DNA from: Lysobacterales bacterium
GTDB taxonomy: Bacteria; Pseudomonadota; Gammaproteobacteria; Xanthomonadales; Ahniellaceae
Reading direction: 5' to 3'
Length of the DNA stretch: 49,818 nucleotides
Assembly (NCBI GenBank): GCA_038221545.1
Contig: JBBRIE010000001.1
Location: forward strand, 1-49,818
The notes beneath the pieces were generated by a model. That model saw only the letters and a list, made by a program, of their open reading frames with translations, had not been told where the DNA came from and did not search any database. Below are positions 18,623 to 26,738 of the stretch, in pieces. The first letter of the stretch is position 1. Each line of letters begins with the position of its first letter. Made by a program: the position numbers and the translations under genes.

Positions 18623-20821
18623 GTGTCCAGATTGTCGAGCGGTGTGTGCGGCGCGTGCGCGATGTGGCTGCTGGCCTGGCCGGTGGCTGCGTGGTCGCAA
18701 TCGCCCGAACCCTTGCCGGTGTTCGTGCCGACCGCTGCCACGGTGCCTGCCCAATTGCCCGCACAGCTGTCGGCGCAGGCGTTCGCGCAGGCGCAGGGAC
18801 AGGTCGCGGTGCCCGCGAACGTCGCAGGCGCCGGCGGCACCGGTCAGACGCTCAACTTCAAGGATGCCGACATCCGCGAGTTCATCGCGGCGATCTCGGA
18901 CATCACCGGGCGCGCCTTCATCGTCGATCCGCGCGTCGAGGGCAAGGTCAACGTGATCTCGGCGCGGCCGATGGCCCCGGACGAGATCTACCAGGTGTTC
19001 GAATCCGTGCTGCGCGTGCATGGCTTCGCCACGGTGGCCGCGGGCAACATGACCAAGATCGTGCCCGAAGCGCTCGCCAAGCAGGACGGCAGTGCGTCGC
19101 CGGTGGTCAGCGGCCCGGACACGCTGGTCACCAAGCTCATCCCCTTGCGTTTCGTGTCGGCGCAGGAACTGGTGCCGATCCTGACGCAACTGGTGCCGCA
19201 GAGCGGGCAGGTCAGCGTGCACCAGGGCAGCAACTCACTGCTCATCACCGATCGTGCGGGCAACCTCGCGCGCATCGAGGGCATCGTGCGCCGCATCGAC
19301 CAGGCGTCGGACGCGTCGGTCGAGGTCATCGCACTGAGTCACGCCAACGCGTCGGAACTTGCGCGCACCATCGCGCTGCTGGACGAAGGCAAGGCCGGCG
19401 CGCTCGGCGTCGGGCCGACCACGGCCAGGGTGCTGGCCGACACGCGCACGAACTCCCTGCTGGTGTCGGGCGACCGCGCCGCGCGCCTGCGCACGCGCGC
19501 GCTGGTCAGCCACCTCGACACACCGCTCGAATCCGGCGAGAGCACGCAGGTGGTGTACCTGCGTTACGCGACCGCGAAGGATCTGGTGCCGATTCTCGAG
19601 GCGACCGCGGCCACGCTCGCGGGCGACTCGAGCGCCAAGGACCAGGCGCGCAAAGCCACGGTGCAGGCGCACGACGAGACCAACGCGGTGGTCATCACCG
19701 CCGATCCGGCGGTGTATCGCGCGCTGGTCGCGGTGGTGCGCCAGCTCGACATCCGCCGCGCGCAGGTGCTCATCGAAGGCGTGATCGCCGAGTTGACCGA
19801 CGACCGCAACCGCGAGATCGGCGTGCAATGGCAGGCCACCGACATCAATGTCCAGCCCGACGGCACGCTCGGCTCGGGCGTGTTCGGCGGCACCAATTTC
19901 CCGCGCGCGGGCGGCAGCGGCAGCATCATCGGCGCGGCGGTCAATCCGCTGTCGCTGGGTTCCGGTCTCAGCCTCGGCTACGTGCGCGGCGCCATCACCT
20001 TGCCCGGCAGCGACACGCCCATTCTCGATATCGGCGCGCTGGTTTCGGCGCTGGCCAGCGACGGGCGCAGCAATATCCTGTCGACGCCCAACATCGTCAC
20101 GCTCGACCACCACGAAGCCGAGATCAAGGTCGGCCAGAAAGTACCGTTCCTGACTGGTCAGTTCACCAACACCTCGACCGGCGGCGGTGCCGGTCAGCCG
20201 ACCAATCCGTTCCAGACCATCGAACGCGAAGACGTGGGCCTCAAGCTCAAAGTCACGCCGCACATCAACGAAGGCGACAGCGTGCGGCTCGACATCCTGC
20301 AGGAGGTGTCGTCGCTGGCGCCCTCGCCGATCGGCGCGGTCGACCTCGTCACCAACAACCGCCAGATCAGCACCAGCGTGCTGGTGCCCGACGGCGTGAT
20401 GCTGGTGCTCGGCGGCCTCATCTCGGACGAAGTACGCAACAGCGTCAGCAAGGTGCCGGCACTCGGCGACATCCCGGTGCTGGGCAATCTTTTCCGCTAC
20501 CGCAATTCGACGCGCCTGCGCCGCAATCTCATGGTGTTCCTGCGGCCGACGATCCTGCGCGACGCGTTTCTCGAGCAGGCGGTGTCGAGCGAGAAGTACA
20601 ACTACATCCGCACCGAACAGCTCAAGCGGCGCGATCTGGATGGCCGCGATGGGCGCGAGAACGCAATCCTGCCGCCGCTCACGCAGCCGCCGCTGCCACC
20701 GTCGGCAGCCGGCGAGCGCCTTCCGCAAGGCGCTTCGAACGAACCCGCGGCCACTGGTACGCGGCTACCGCGCGACCGTGCGGATGTAGTGCCTGCAACA
20801 CCGGTCGCGCCATCACGATGA
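18623..20821 (+). CDS. gspD: Type II secretion system secretin GspD
   Basis: N0/N1 domains (LNFKDADIREFIAAISDITGRAFIVDPRVEGKVNVIS) and the secretin core (VPDGVMLVLGGLISDE...KVPALGDIPVLGNLFRY). The start is uncertain: GTG 18623, which gives a signal peptide, or ATG 18662. Its stop overlaps the gspE start (ATGA). Confidence 0.9.
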   Translation: MSRLSSGVCGACAMWLLAWPVAAWSQSPEPLPVFVPTAATVPAQLPAQLSAQAFAQAQGQVAVPANVAGAGGTGQTLNFKDADIREFIAAISDITGRAFIVDPRVEGKVNVISARPMAPDEIYQVFESVLRVHGFATVAAGNMTKIVPEALAKQDGSASPVVSGPDTLVTKLIPLRFVSAQELVPILTQLVPQSGQVSVHQGSNSLLITDRAGNLARIEGIVRRIDQASDASVEVIALSHANASELARTIALLDEGKAGALGVGPTTARVLADTRTNSLLVSGDRAARLRTRALVSHLDTPLESGESTQVVYLRYATAKDLVPILEATAATLAGDSSAKDQARKATVQAHDETNAVVITADPAVYRALVAVVRQLDIRRAQVLIEGVIAELTDDRNREIGVQWQATDINVQPDGTLGSGVFGGTNFPRAGGSGSIIGAAVNPLSLGSGLSLGYVRGAITLPGSDTPILDIGALVSALASDGRSNILSTPNIVTLDHHEAEIKVGQKVPFLTGQFTNTSTGGGAGQPTNPFQTIEREDVGLKLKVTPHINEGDSVRLDILQEVSSLAPSPIGAVDLVTNNRQISTSVLVPDGVMLVLGGLISDEVRNSVSKVPALGDIPVLGNLFRYRNSTRLRRNLMVFLRPTILRDAFLEQAVSSEKYNYIRTEQLKRRDLDGRDGRENAILPPLTQPPLPPSAAGERLPQGASNEPAATGTRLPRDRADVVPATPVAPSR

Positions 20822-22317
20822 CTGCCGAGCCGGCCAGTGTCGGCGTGCGTCCGTCGCGGCCGAGTTTTGCGTTTGCCAAGCGGCAGGGCGGCACCGTCAT
20901 CGACTGGCAGGGCGACGTGCCCACGGTCGCACTGGCGCCGCACGCGACGCTTGCGACCTACGCCGAGCTGCAACGCTATCTCGGCGTGTCGCCGGCCATC
21001 GAACGCTTTGACGCGACGGCGTACGAACGCCTGCTGCGCGATTTGTACGAACAGGGCGGCACCGACGCGCGGGACCTGGCCGACAGCATCGATTCGGGCA
21101 TCGACCTGCGCGCGCTGGCCGAGGAGCTGCCGGAACCGCAGGACCTCATGGAGTCGGACGACGACGCGCTCGTCATCCGGCTCATCAATGCGCTGCTGAC
21201 CGAGGCGGTCAAGGAAAACGCCTCGGACATCCACGTCGAGCCCTACGAAAATCGCCTGGTCGTGCGCTTCCGCATCGACGGCGTCTTGCGGGAGGTGCTG
21301 GCACCGCCGCGTTCGATCGCAGCGCCGGTGGTCTCGCGCATCAAGGTCATGGCCAAGCTCGACATCGCCGAGAAGCGATTGCCCCAGGACGGGCGCATTG
21401 GCCTGCGCATCGCCGGGCGTCCGGTCGACGTGCGCGTCTCCACGATTCCCGCGGGCCACGGCGAACGCGTGGTGCTGCGCCTGCTCGACAAGCAGGCGGG
21501 GCGCCTCGACCTCGAGAAGCTCGGCATGGGCGCGACCATGCACGCGCGCCTCGACGAACTCATCCATCGGCCGCACGGCATCATCCTGGTCACGGGTCCG
21601 ACGGGTTCCGGCAAGACGACGACGCTATACGCCGCCCTCTCCCGCCTCAACGATGCCACGCGCAACATCCTGACGGTCGAGGATCCGATCGAGTACCACC
21701 TCGACGGCGTCGGCCAGACGCAGGTCAACACGCGCGTCGACATGACCTTCGCACGCGGGCTGCGCGCGATCCTGCGACAGGATCCGGACGTGGTGATGGT
21801 CGGCGAAATCCGCGACCTCGAGACCGCGCAAGTCGCGGTGCAGGCCTCGCTCACCGGACATCTCGTGATGTCGACCCTGCACACCAATTCCGCGATCGGC
21901 GCGATGACGCGCCTGCGCGACATGGGCGTCGAGCCGTTCCTGCTTGCGTCGTCGTTGATCGGCGTGCTGTCGCAGCGCCTGGTGCGGGTGCTCGATCCCG
22001 CGACGCGCGAAGCCTACCCGGCGACGCCGACCGAGCTCGCGGCGTTCGGCCGCGATCCGAGCGAGCAGGTCACGCTGTATCGCCCACGCGGCGACCTCGT
22101 CGGCAAGAACGCGGGCTATCGGGGCCGCACCGGCGTCTACGAGCTCATCGCCATCGACGAGCCGGTGCGCGCGCTGATCCACGCCGGCGCCAGCGAGGCG
22201 GCGCTTGAGGCACAGGTTCGCCCGCATTCACCCTCCCTCGCAAGCGGCGGCTGGGCGCGCTGTGTCGCCGGCGTCACCTCGGTCGAGGAAGTCCTGCGCG
22301 TCACGCGCGAGGAGTAA
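20818..22317 (+). CDS. gspE: Type II secretion ATPase GspE
   Basis: This is the last 499 codons of the artefactual 1223-aa track ORF. It has Walker A GPTGSGKTTT, the Asp and His boxes, Walker B (DPDVVMVGEIRD) and the C-terminal VEEVLRVT. Confidence 0.95.
   Translation: MTAEPASVGVRPSRPSFAFAKRQGGTVIDWQGDVPTVALAPHATLATYAELQRYLGVSPAIERFDATAYERLLRDLYEQGGTDARDLADSIDSGIDLRALAEELPEPQDLMESDDDALVIRLINALLTEAVKENASDIHVEPYENRLVVRFRIDGVLREVLAPPRSIAAPVVSRIKVMAKLDIAEKRLPQDGRIGLRIAGRPVDVRVSTIPAGHGERVVLRLLDKQAGRLDLEKLGMGATMHARLDELIHRPHGIILVTGPTGSGKTTTLYAALSRLNDATRNILTVEDPIEYHLDGVGQTQVNTRVDMTFARGLRAILRQDPDVVMVGEIRDLETAQVAVQASLTGHLVMSTLHTNSAIGAMTRLRDMGVEPFLLASSLIGVLSQRLVRVLDPATREAYPATPTELAAFGRDPSEQVTLYRPRGDLVGKNAGYRGRTGVYELIAIDEPVRALIHAGASEAALEAQVRPHSPSLASGGWARCVAGVTSVEEVLRVTREE
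22264..22315 (+). repeat. Direct repeat copy A (authentic 3' end of gspE)
   Basis: 22290..22315 (AGTCCTGCGCGTCACGCGCGAGGAGT) is identical to 25241..25266. The preceding 26 nt are roughly three-quarters identical to 25216..25240. Confidence 0.8.
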
Positions 22318-22551
22318 CTCTTCCGCGCATCGATCGCCGCGGTCGCGCACGGGCACAGCGTTGCGTGCACGGCCGCCGGAGACTCGTTGACCACCCTTGA
22401 TCGCCGCGGTGATTCCATTCCCGAGTGGACGAAGGCATGCGTCAGCATGGGAATTACGACGCACCTGCGGAGTTAAACCAGGGCATGCACTGCGTGGGGT
22501 CGACGCGCCGCCGCCATGAGGTCATCATTCCCGCCATCCCCTGAAATCGGA

Positions 22552-25173
22552 ATGACGCAAATGCGCCACGGATTTCCTTGTGCCGCTTTTCTGGGTCTGA
22601 CCCTGTCCAGCCTCGCGGCAGCACCGCAATGCGTGAGCGCGGCGTCGGTCGCAAACGACGAAGCGGCGATCGCCACCCCGCGCACGCTGCCGCCAATGCC
22701 CGCGCAGGTCATGGACTTCCAGCCCAACGTCGGACAGTTCGATGCGCGTGTCGCATTCACCATCGAGCGCGCGGGCATCGAGTCCATCGTCACGCGCGAC
22801 GGCGCGCTGGTGCACCGACTGCCTGCGGACGCCGCGCGCGACTGGATCCTCGTCGAGCGTTTCGGGCAGCCGATCCCAGCCGGCTCGCCCGTGCCGAAGG
22901 GCGATGGGCCGGCCAGCACCGGCGTGACCCGGCTTGCCGGCGAGCACGCCGCCGCCTTGTCGGACTCGACGTATCGGCGCGTCGACCTCGGCGAATCCTG
23001 GCCAGGCGTGCGCACCGAACTGGTTGCCCGCGCCACCGGGATCGAAAAGCGTTTTCGGGTCGCGCCCGGCGTGAGCGCCGCTCGCATTCGCGTCGATCTT
23101 GCCGGTGTCGAAGGCATCGAACATGCGCGCGACGGACGCCTCCTGCTGGCGACAGGACCGGGAACGGTCGCGCTGAGCGCACCCCTCGCATGGCAAGACA
23201 TCGATGGCGCACGTCGCGCCGTCGAGGTGGCCTACACCGTCCACGACGGTGCAGCTTACGGTTTCCGCCTTGGTCGGCACGACCGGCGGCACGGCGTCAC
23301 CATCGACCCGATACTGCGCTCCACTTTCGTTGGCGGCAGCAGCACCGAGCAGTTCTTCACCGACATCGAAGTCGCCGACGACAGCGTCTACATCGCCGGC
23401 TTCAGCCAGTCGGCCAATTTCCCGGGCACCAGCGGCGGCTACCAGTCAGCGCTGGTCACCAACACGTCTCTCGGCGGCAACCAGTTCATCGCCCGTTACT
23501 CGCTCGACCTCACCACGCTGTTGCAGTCGACGTACTACGGCGCCTACGAGCCAATCAGCGGCGGCATGAGCAGGACGACGGACGCGCGCGAACTCGCGGT
23601 CGACGCCGACGGCGTCTATCTGGTGGGACAGACGCCCGATGGCTCGACCACAATCGTTCCCGGCACCGCCGGTGGTGCGCAACCCGCATCCGGTGGCAGG
23701 TCCGACGGATTTGCGGCGCGCTTTGCGCGCGACCTGCGCAGCCTGCAGCAGGCCACCTTCTTCGGTGGCGCCGGCGACGAGGCGGCACTCGCGGTCGCGC
23801 TCTCGTCCGATGCGGTCTACATCGGCGGTAGCGTGTTCAGCACCACCGCGGCCCCGCTGCCGGGAACGGCCGGCGCGGCGATCACCACCTACAGCAACAG
23901 CGACGGCTTCGTGGCCCGGCTGACGCGGGATCTGCGCACGCTGGTCCGCGCGACACTGGTCACCGGATCGCCGCACGACGGCGTGCTGGCGCTGGCCACC
24001 GACGGAACGGACGTCTACGCTGCGGGCGGAACTGCAGGCGCGCTGACGCAGACCACTGGCGCGTTCCAGCCGGCGCGCGGGTCCGGCGGTGGCTTCACGG
24101 ATGGTTACGTCGTGCGCCTGGATGCTGCGCTGACCAGCATCGCGCGCTCCACTTTCCTCGGTGGTAGCGGCCACGAGCGCGTGGACTTCCTGACACTCAC
24201 GCCGTCATCGGTCTATGCGAGCGGCTTCACGGCGTCAGGTAATTTCCCCGTGGGGCCCGTGGCCGCCGACGGCAGCCTGCAAGGCGCGACCGATCTGTTC
24301 GCGCTGGCGCTCACGCGCGATCTATCAACGCGCAACGGTGGCACCTTCTCTGGCGGGTCCGGATCCGAAGGCGGTGGAAGCCTCGCCGTGGTGGGCAACA
24401 GCGTGTTCCTCGCGGGCACCACCAACGCCACCGACCTGCCGGGCACCGCGGGCGGTGCCGAGGCGAACAATCCGAATGCGCAGACCACAGGCTTCGTCGG
24501 CGAGTTCGACCTGGCGCTGACTACACTGCGGCAGGCGAGCTACTACGGCACGACCACGCCGGGCACCAAGCAGTTGTTCGGACTTTCGGCGAATGCCGAC
24601 ACGGTGTACATCGCCGGCAGCACGCAGTCCGCGACGCTGCCGGGCACCGCCGGCAGTGCACAACCGAATACCGGCGGCGGCTTCGACCATTTCATCGCCG
24701 CGTTCCGTGGAGGCCTGTCCGGCCCGCGCCCGCCGTCAGACCTTGCCGCGACCAAGAGCGGCGGCGACTGGCGTCTGGTCGACAACCGCTACGTGCTTTA
24801 TCGCGTGACCTTTGCCAACTTCGGCACCGATCCTGCCGTGGCGGCACGCTTCGTCGACACGCTGCCTGCGGATACGCTCAGCGCCGCCAACTGGAGCTGC
24901 GTCGGCACGAACTGCCCCGCCGCGAGCGGCTCCGGTTCGCTCGACTTCACACGTGATCTGCCCACGGGTGCGTCCATGGCGTTCGATTTCTGCGCGCGCC
25001 ACATTGGCAGCGGGGCAGACGTGGTGAATACCGCCACCGCGTCCGTCTCGGGCGCGAACATGGATCCGGTCGCCGGCAACAATGCGGCGACGCACGTCAT
25101 CGTGGACCCTTCGCTGTTCAACGATGGTTTCGAGGAGCGCGTGGTACCTGCGCTCTGCCCGCCGGATGCCTGA
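22552..25173 (+). CDS. Secreted SBBP-repeat beta-propeller protein with DUF7948-like N-domain and C-terminal DUF11-like domain
   Basis: Signal peptide MTQMRHGFPCAAFLGLTLSSLAAAPQCVSA. The N-domain (FQPNVGQFDARVAF...) ends in VTIDPIL. About seven repeats of roughly 60 aa follow (DGFxARLxxDLxxLxxxTFxGGxGxE...VYxxGxTxSxxLPGTAGxxQ). The C-terminus has DLAATKSG...YRVTFANFGTDPA...DTLPA. The start could instead be ATG 22516 or 22561. Confidence 0.75.
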   Translation: MTQMRHGFPCAAFLGLTLSSLAAAPQCVSAASVANDEAAIATPRTLPPMPAQVMDFQPNVGQFDARVAFTIERAGIESIVTRDGALVHRLPADAARDWILVERFGQPIPAGSPVPKGDGPASTGVTRLAGEHAAALSDSTYRRVDLGESWPGVRTELVARATGIEKRFRVAPGVSAARIRVDLAGVEGIEHARDGRLLLATGPGTVALSAPLAWQDIDGARRAVEVAYTVHDGAAYGFRLGRHDRRHGVTIDPILRSTFVGGSSTEQFFTDIEVADDSVYIAGFSQSANFPGTSGGYQSALVTNTSLGGNQFIARYSLDLTTLLQSTYYGAYEPISGGMSRTTDARELAVDADGVYLVGQTPDGSTTIVPGTAGGAQPASGGRSDGFAARFARDLRSLQQATFFGGAGDEAALAVALSSDAVYIGGSVFSTTAAPLPGTAGAAITTYSNSDGFVARLTRDLRTLVRATLVTGSPHDGVLALATDGTDVYAAGGTAGALTQTTGAFQPARGSGGGFTDGYVVRLDAALTSIARSTFLGGSGHERVDFLTLTPSSVYASGFTASGNFPVGPVAADGSLQGATDLFALALTRDLSTRNGGTFSGGSGSEGGGSLAVVGNSVFLAGTTNATDLPGTAGGAEANNPNAQTTGFVGEFDLALTTLRQASYYGTTTPGTKQLFGLSANADTVYIAGSTQSATLPGTAGSAQPNTGGGFDHFIAAFRGGLSGPRPPSDLAATKSGGDWRLVDNRYVLYRVTFANFGTDPAVAARFVDTLPADTLSAANWSCVGTNCPAASGSGSLDFTRDLPTGASMAFDFCARHIGSGADVVNTATASVSGANMDPVAGNNAATHVIVDPSLFNDGFEERVVPALCPPDA

Positions 25174-25215
25174 GGTACAGCAGACTTCGCAGTGACCGGC
25201 ACGCTGTCGCAGTGC

Positions 25216-25266
25216 GTCGCCGGCATCAGTTCGGAGAAGGAGTCCTGCGCGTCACGCGCGAGGAGT
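25216..25266 (+). repeat. Direct repeat copy B: ghost of the gspE 3' end (frameshifted, no stop)
   Basis: It encodes ..CVAGISSEKE, then a 1-nt shift, then VLRVTREE, versus authentic CVAGVTSVEEVLRVTREE*. A second homology block follows: GTGATTCC...TGG(A)CGAAGGCATGCG at 22409..22441 and 25292..25319. Confidence 0.75.
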
Positions 25267-25474
25267 GGGCGCCGCACAGGCGCAGCCGCTCGTGATTCCG
25301 GTTGTGGCGAAGGCATGCGCGGCGTTGGCGCATGCAATGGTTCTGCGTGCTCTTGCAGGATCGTCGCCGCGCGCGAAGCCCGACTCGCGCGCGTTGCCGA
25401 TCGCGTCTTGCGGCGCTCATACAAAAAATCTTCCATCCTTGATCGCGATGCTGCGGTGTCCTATCCCGACCTGT

Positions 25475-26653
25475 TCAACGGGCACGCGCACCGGAAGCAC
25501 TTGAGCTGATGACGCACGAATCCGGTTCCGGCACGGAATCGGGCGCGCAGACCACATCCGTGTCACAGGAGTCGGTGACTGCCCTATAGCCATCGAGGTC
25601 CAGAGCGACGTCGCGCGCGCATTCGATTCGCGCGAAGTCGGGATCGGGGGGAGGTGGGGACCTGTCGGCTCGCGAGGTTCGGAAGGAGATGGGCACCCCG
25701 ACCCAGGAGTCGCGTGGCCTGCCGCCGCACGAAGCGGGACGGAATCGCCACTGGCCGATCGATTCGGTGGCGGCGCGATCAAGGTCGCTGCGGCCACTCG
25801 AGTGGATCACCTTCAGCGCCTGGGGTTGTCCGCGAGAATCGATACAGGCGAACACCAGCACGTCGCCGTTGGCCCGGGCCATGACGGCGGCATGGGGAAA
25901 GTCGGGCGTTGGAGTCATAAGGTACGCAGGAGCCTGCACCGCCGGCGCGCCCGCCGCCAATCGTCGGGTCGATGAATTGGCGCGCAAGTCGCGAACCTCG
26001 AACATGTCGAAAAGCAGGCTTGTCGCGAGCGGCGGCAGGCCTTCGCCGGCAAGACTGTGCTTGCCTCCTGCTCGCTTCGAAATCTCGGAGGCCTCGAACC
26101 ACTGCAGGCCAAGTGCGCGCTGCTCGACACGCCAATAGGCAAGAGCAAGCGTGTGCGGATACCACTCGGGCTTGCCGCCGTGCAGCGCGGCGGCGTCGCG
26201 CCAATCAATTAATGCGCCTTCGTTGTCGCCCGAGTACAGGCGCGCCCAGCCGCGGCTCCAGAGCACGTGGCGGAGGCGCTTTACATCTTTGCCCGCGGCA
26301 TCGACGGCGCGCTGGTAACGTGCTTCAGCGGCGGCACGATCGCCGCCCAGGTGTTCCATCTGCCCAACCAGCGCCTGCAATCTCCAGTGGCGCGGCTTGC
26401 GGTCGGCGCGCTCGCGCATCGGCGCAAGATCGACGTGACCGCTCAATCCGAGTTCCTGCAGGGTCGGCTGACGCGCCACATCATCGCGATCGGTGTAGGG
26501 AGGAGCTGGCACCAGTGTCGGCAGCAATCGGGCTGCTGCGTGCGGCCCCGCCGTAGTCGGTTCCAATCCGGCCGATTCCGCGGTTTGCGCCGGTGCGACA
26601 CTTCCGCAAAGCATCCCCAGCGCCAACAGCATCCCTGCGATCTGACGGTTCAT
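25475..26653 (-). CDS. Periplasmic protein with TPR-like region and TonB C-terminal-like domain
   Basis: Signal peptide MNRQIAGMLLALGMLCGSVAPAQT. The helical repeat region contains AEARYQRAVDAA and LALAYWRVEQRALGLQWF. The TonB_C-like segment is PDFPHAAVMARANGDVLVFACIDSRGQPQALKVIHSSGRSDLDRAATESIGQWRFRPA. The 60-aa tail after it may be read-through. Confidence 0.55.
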   Translation of the reverse strand: MNRQIAGMLLALGMLCGSVAPAQTAESAGLEPTTAGPHAAARLLPTLVPAPPYTDRDDVARQPTLQELGLSGHVDLAPMRERADRKPRHWRLQALVGQMEHLGGDRAAAEARYQRAVDAAGKDVKRLRHVLWSRGWARLYSGDNEGALIDWRDAAALHGGKPEWYPHTLALAYWRVEQRALGLQWFEASEISKRAGGKHSLAGEGLPPLATSLLFDMFEVRDLRANSSTRRLAAGAPAVQAPAYLMTPTPDFPHAAVMARANGDVLVFACIDSRGQPQALKVIHSSGRSDLDRAATESIGQWRFRPASCGGRPRDSWVGVPISFRTSRADRSPPPPDPDFARIECARDVALDLDGYRAVTDSCDTDVVCAPDSVPEPDSCVISSSASGARAR

Positions 26654-26738
26654 CTCGATTTTTCATCGGTCCGGGTTGACTGGCGATGTTAGCGACCGCG
26701 GCGCGCGGCGTGCGTTCCGCAGGCTAAGCTTCGCGCCC

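Noticed and set aside
18646-20817. The first ~720 codons of the 1223-aa plus-strand ORF 18646..22317.
   Set aside because: This part overlaps gspD in another frame and has Arg/Gly/Ala-rich nonsense composition typical of off-frame translation in GC-rich DNA. Only the last 499 codons (from ATG 20818) are GspE.
22318-25240. Insertion sequence, transposon or genomic islet carrying the SBBP gene.
   Set aside because: It has no transposase, integrase or recombinase ORF, no terminal inverted repeats and no adjacent tRNA. Its GC and codon style look native. Only the direct gspE-tail duplication supports an insertion event, so it is reported as a rearrangement scar and not as a mobile element.
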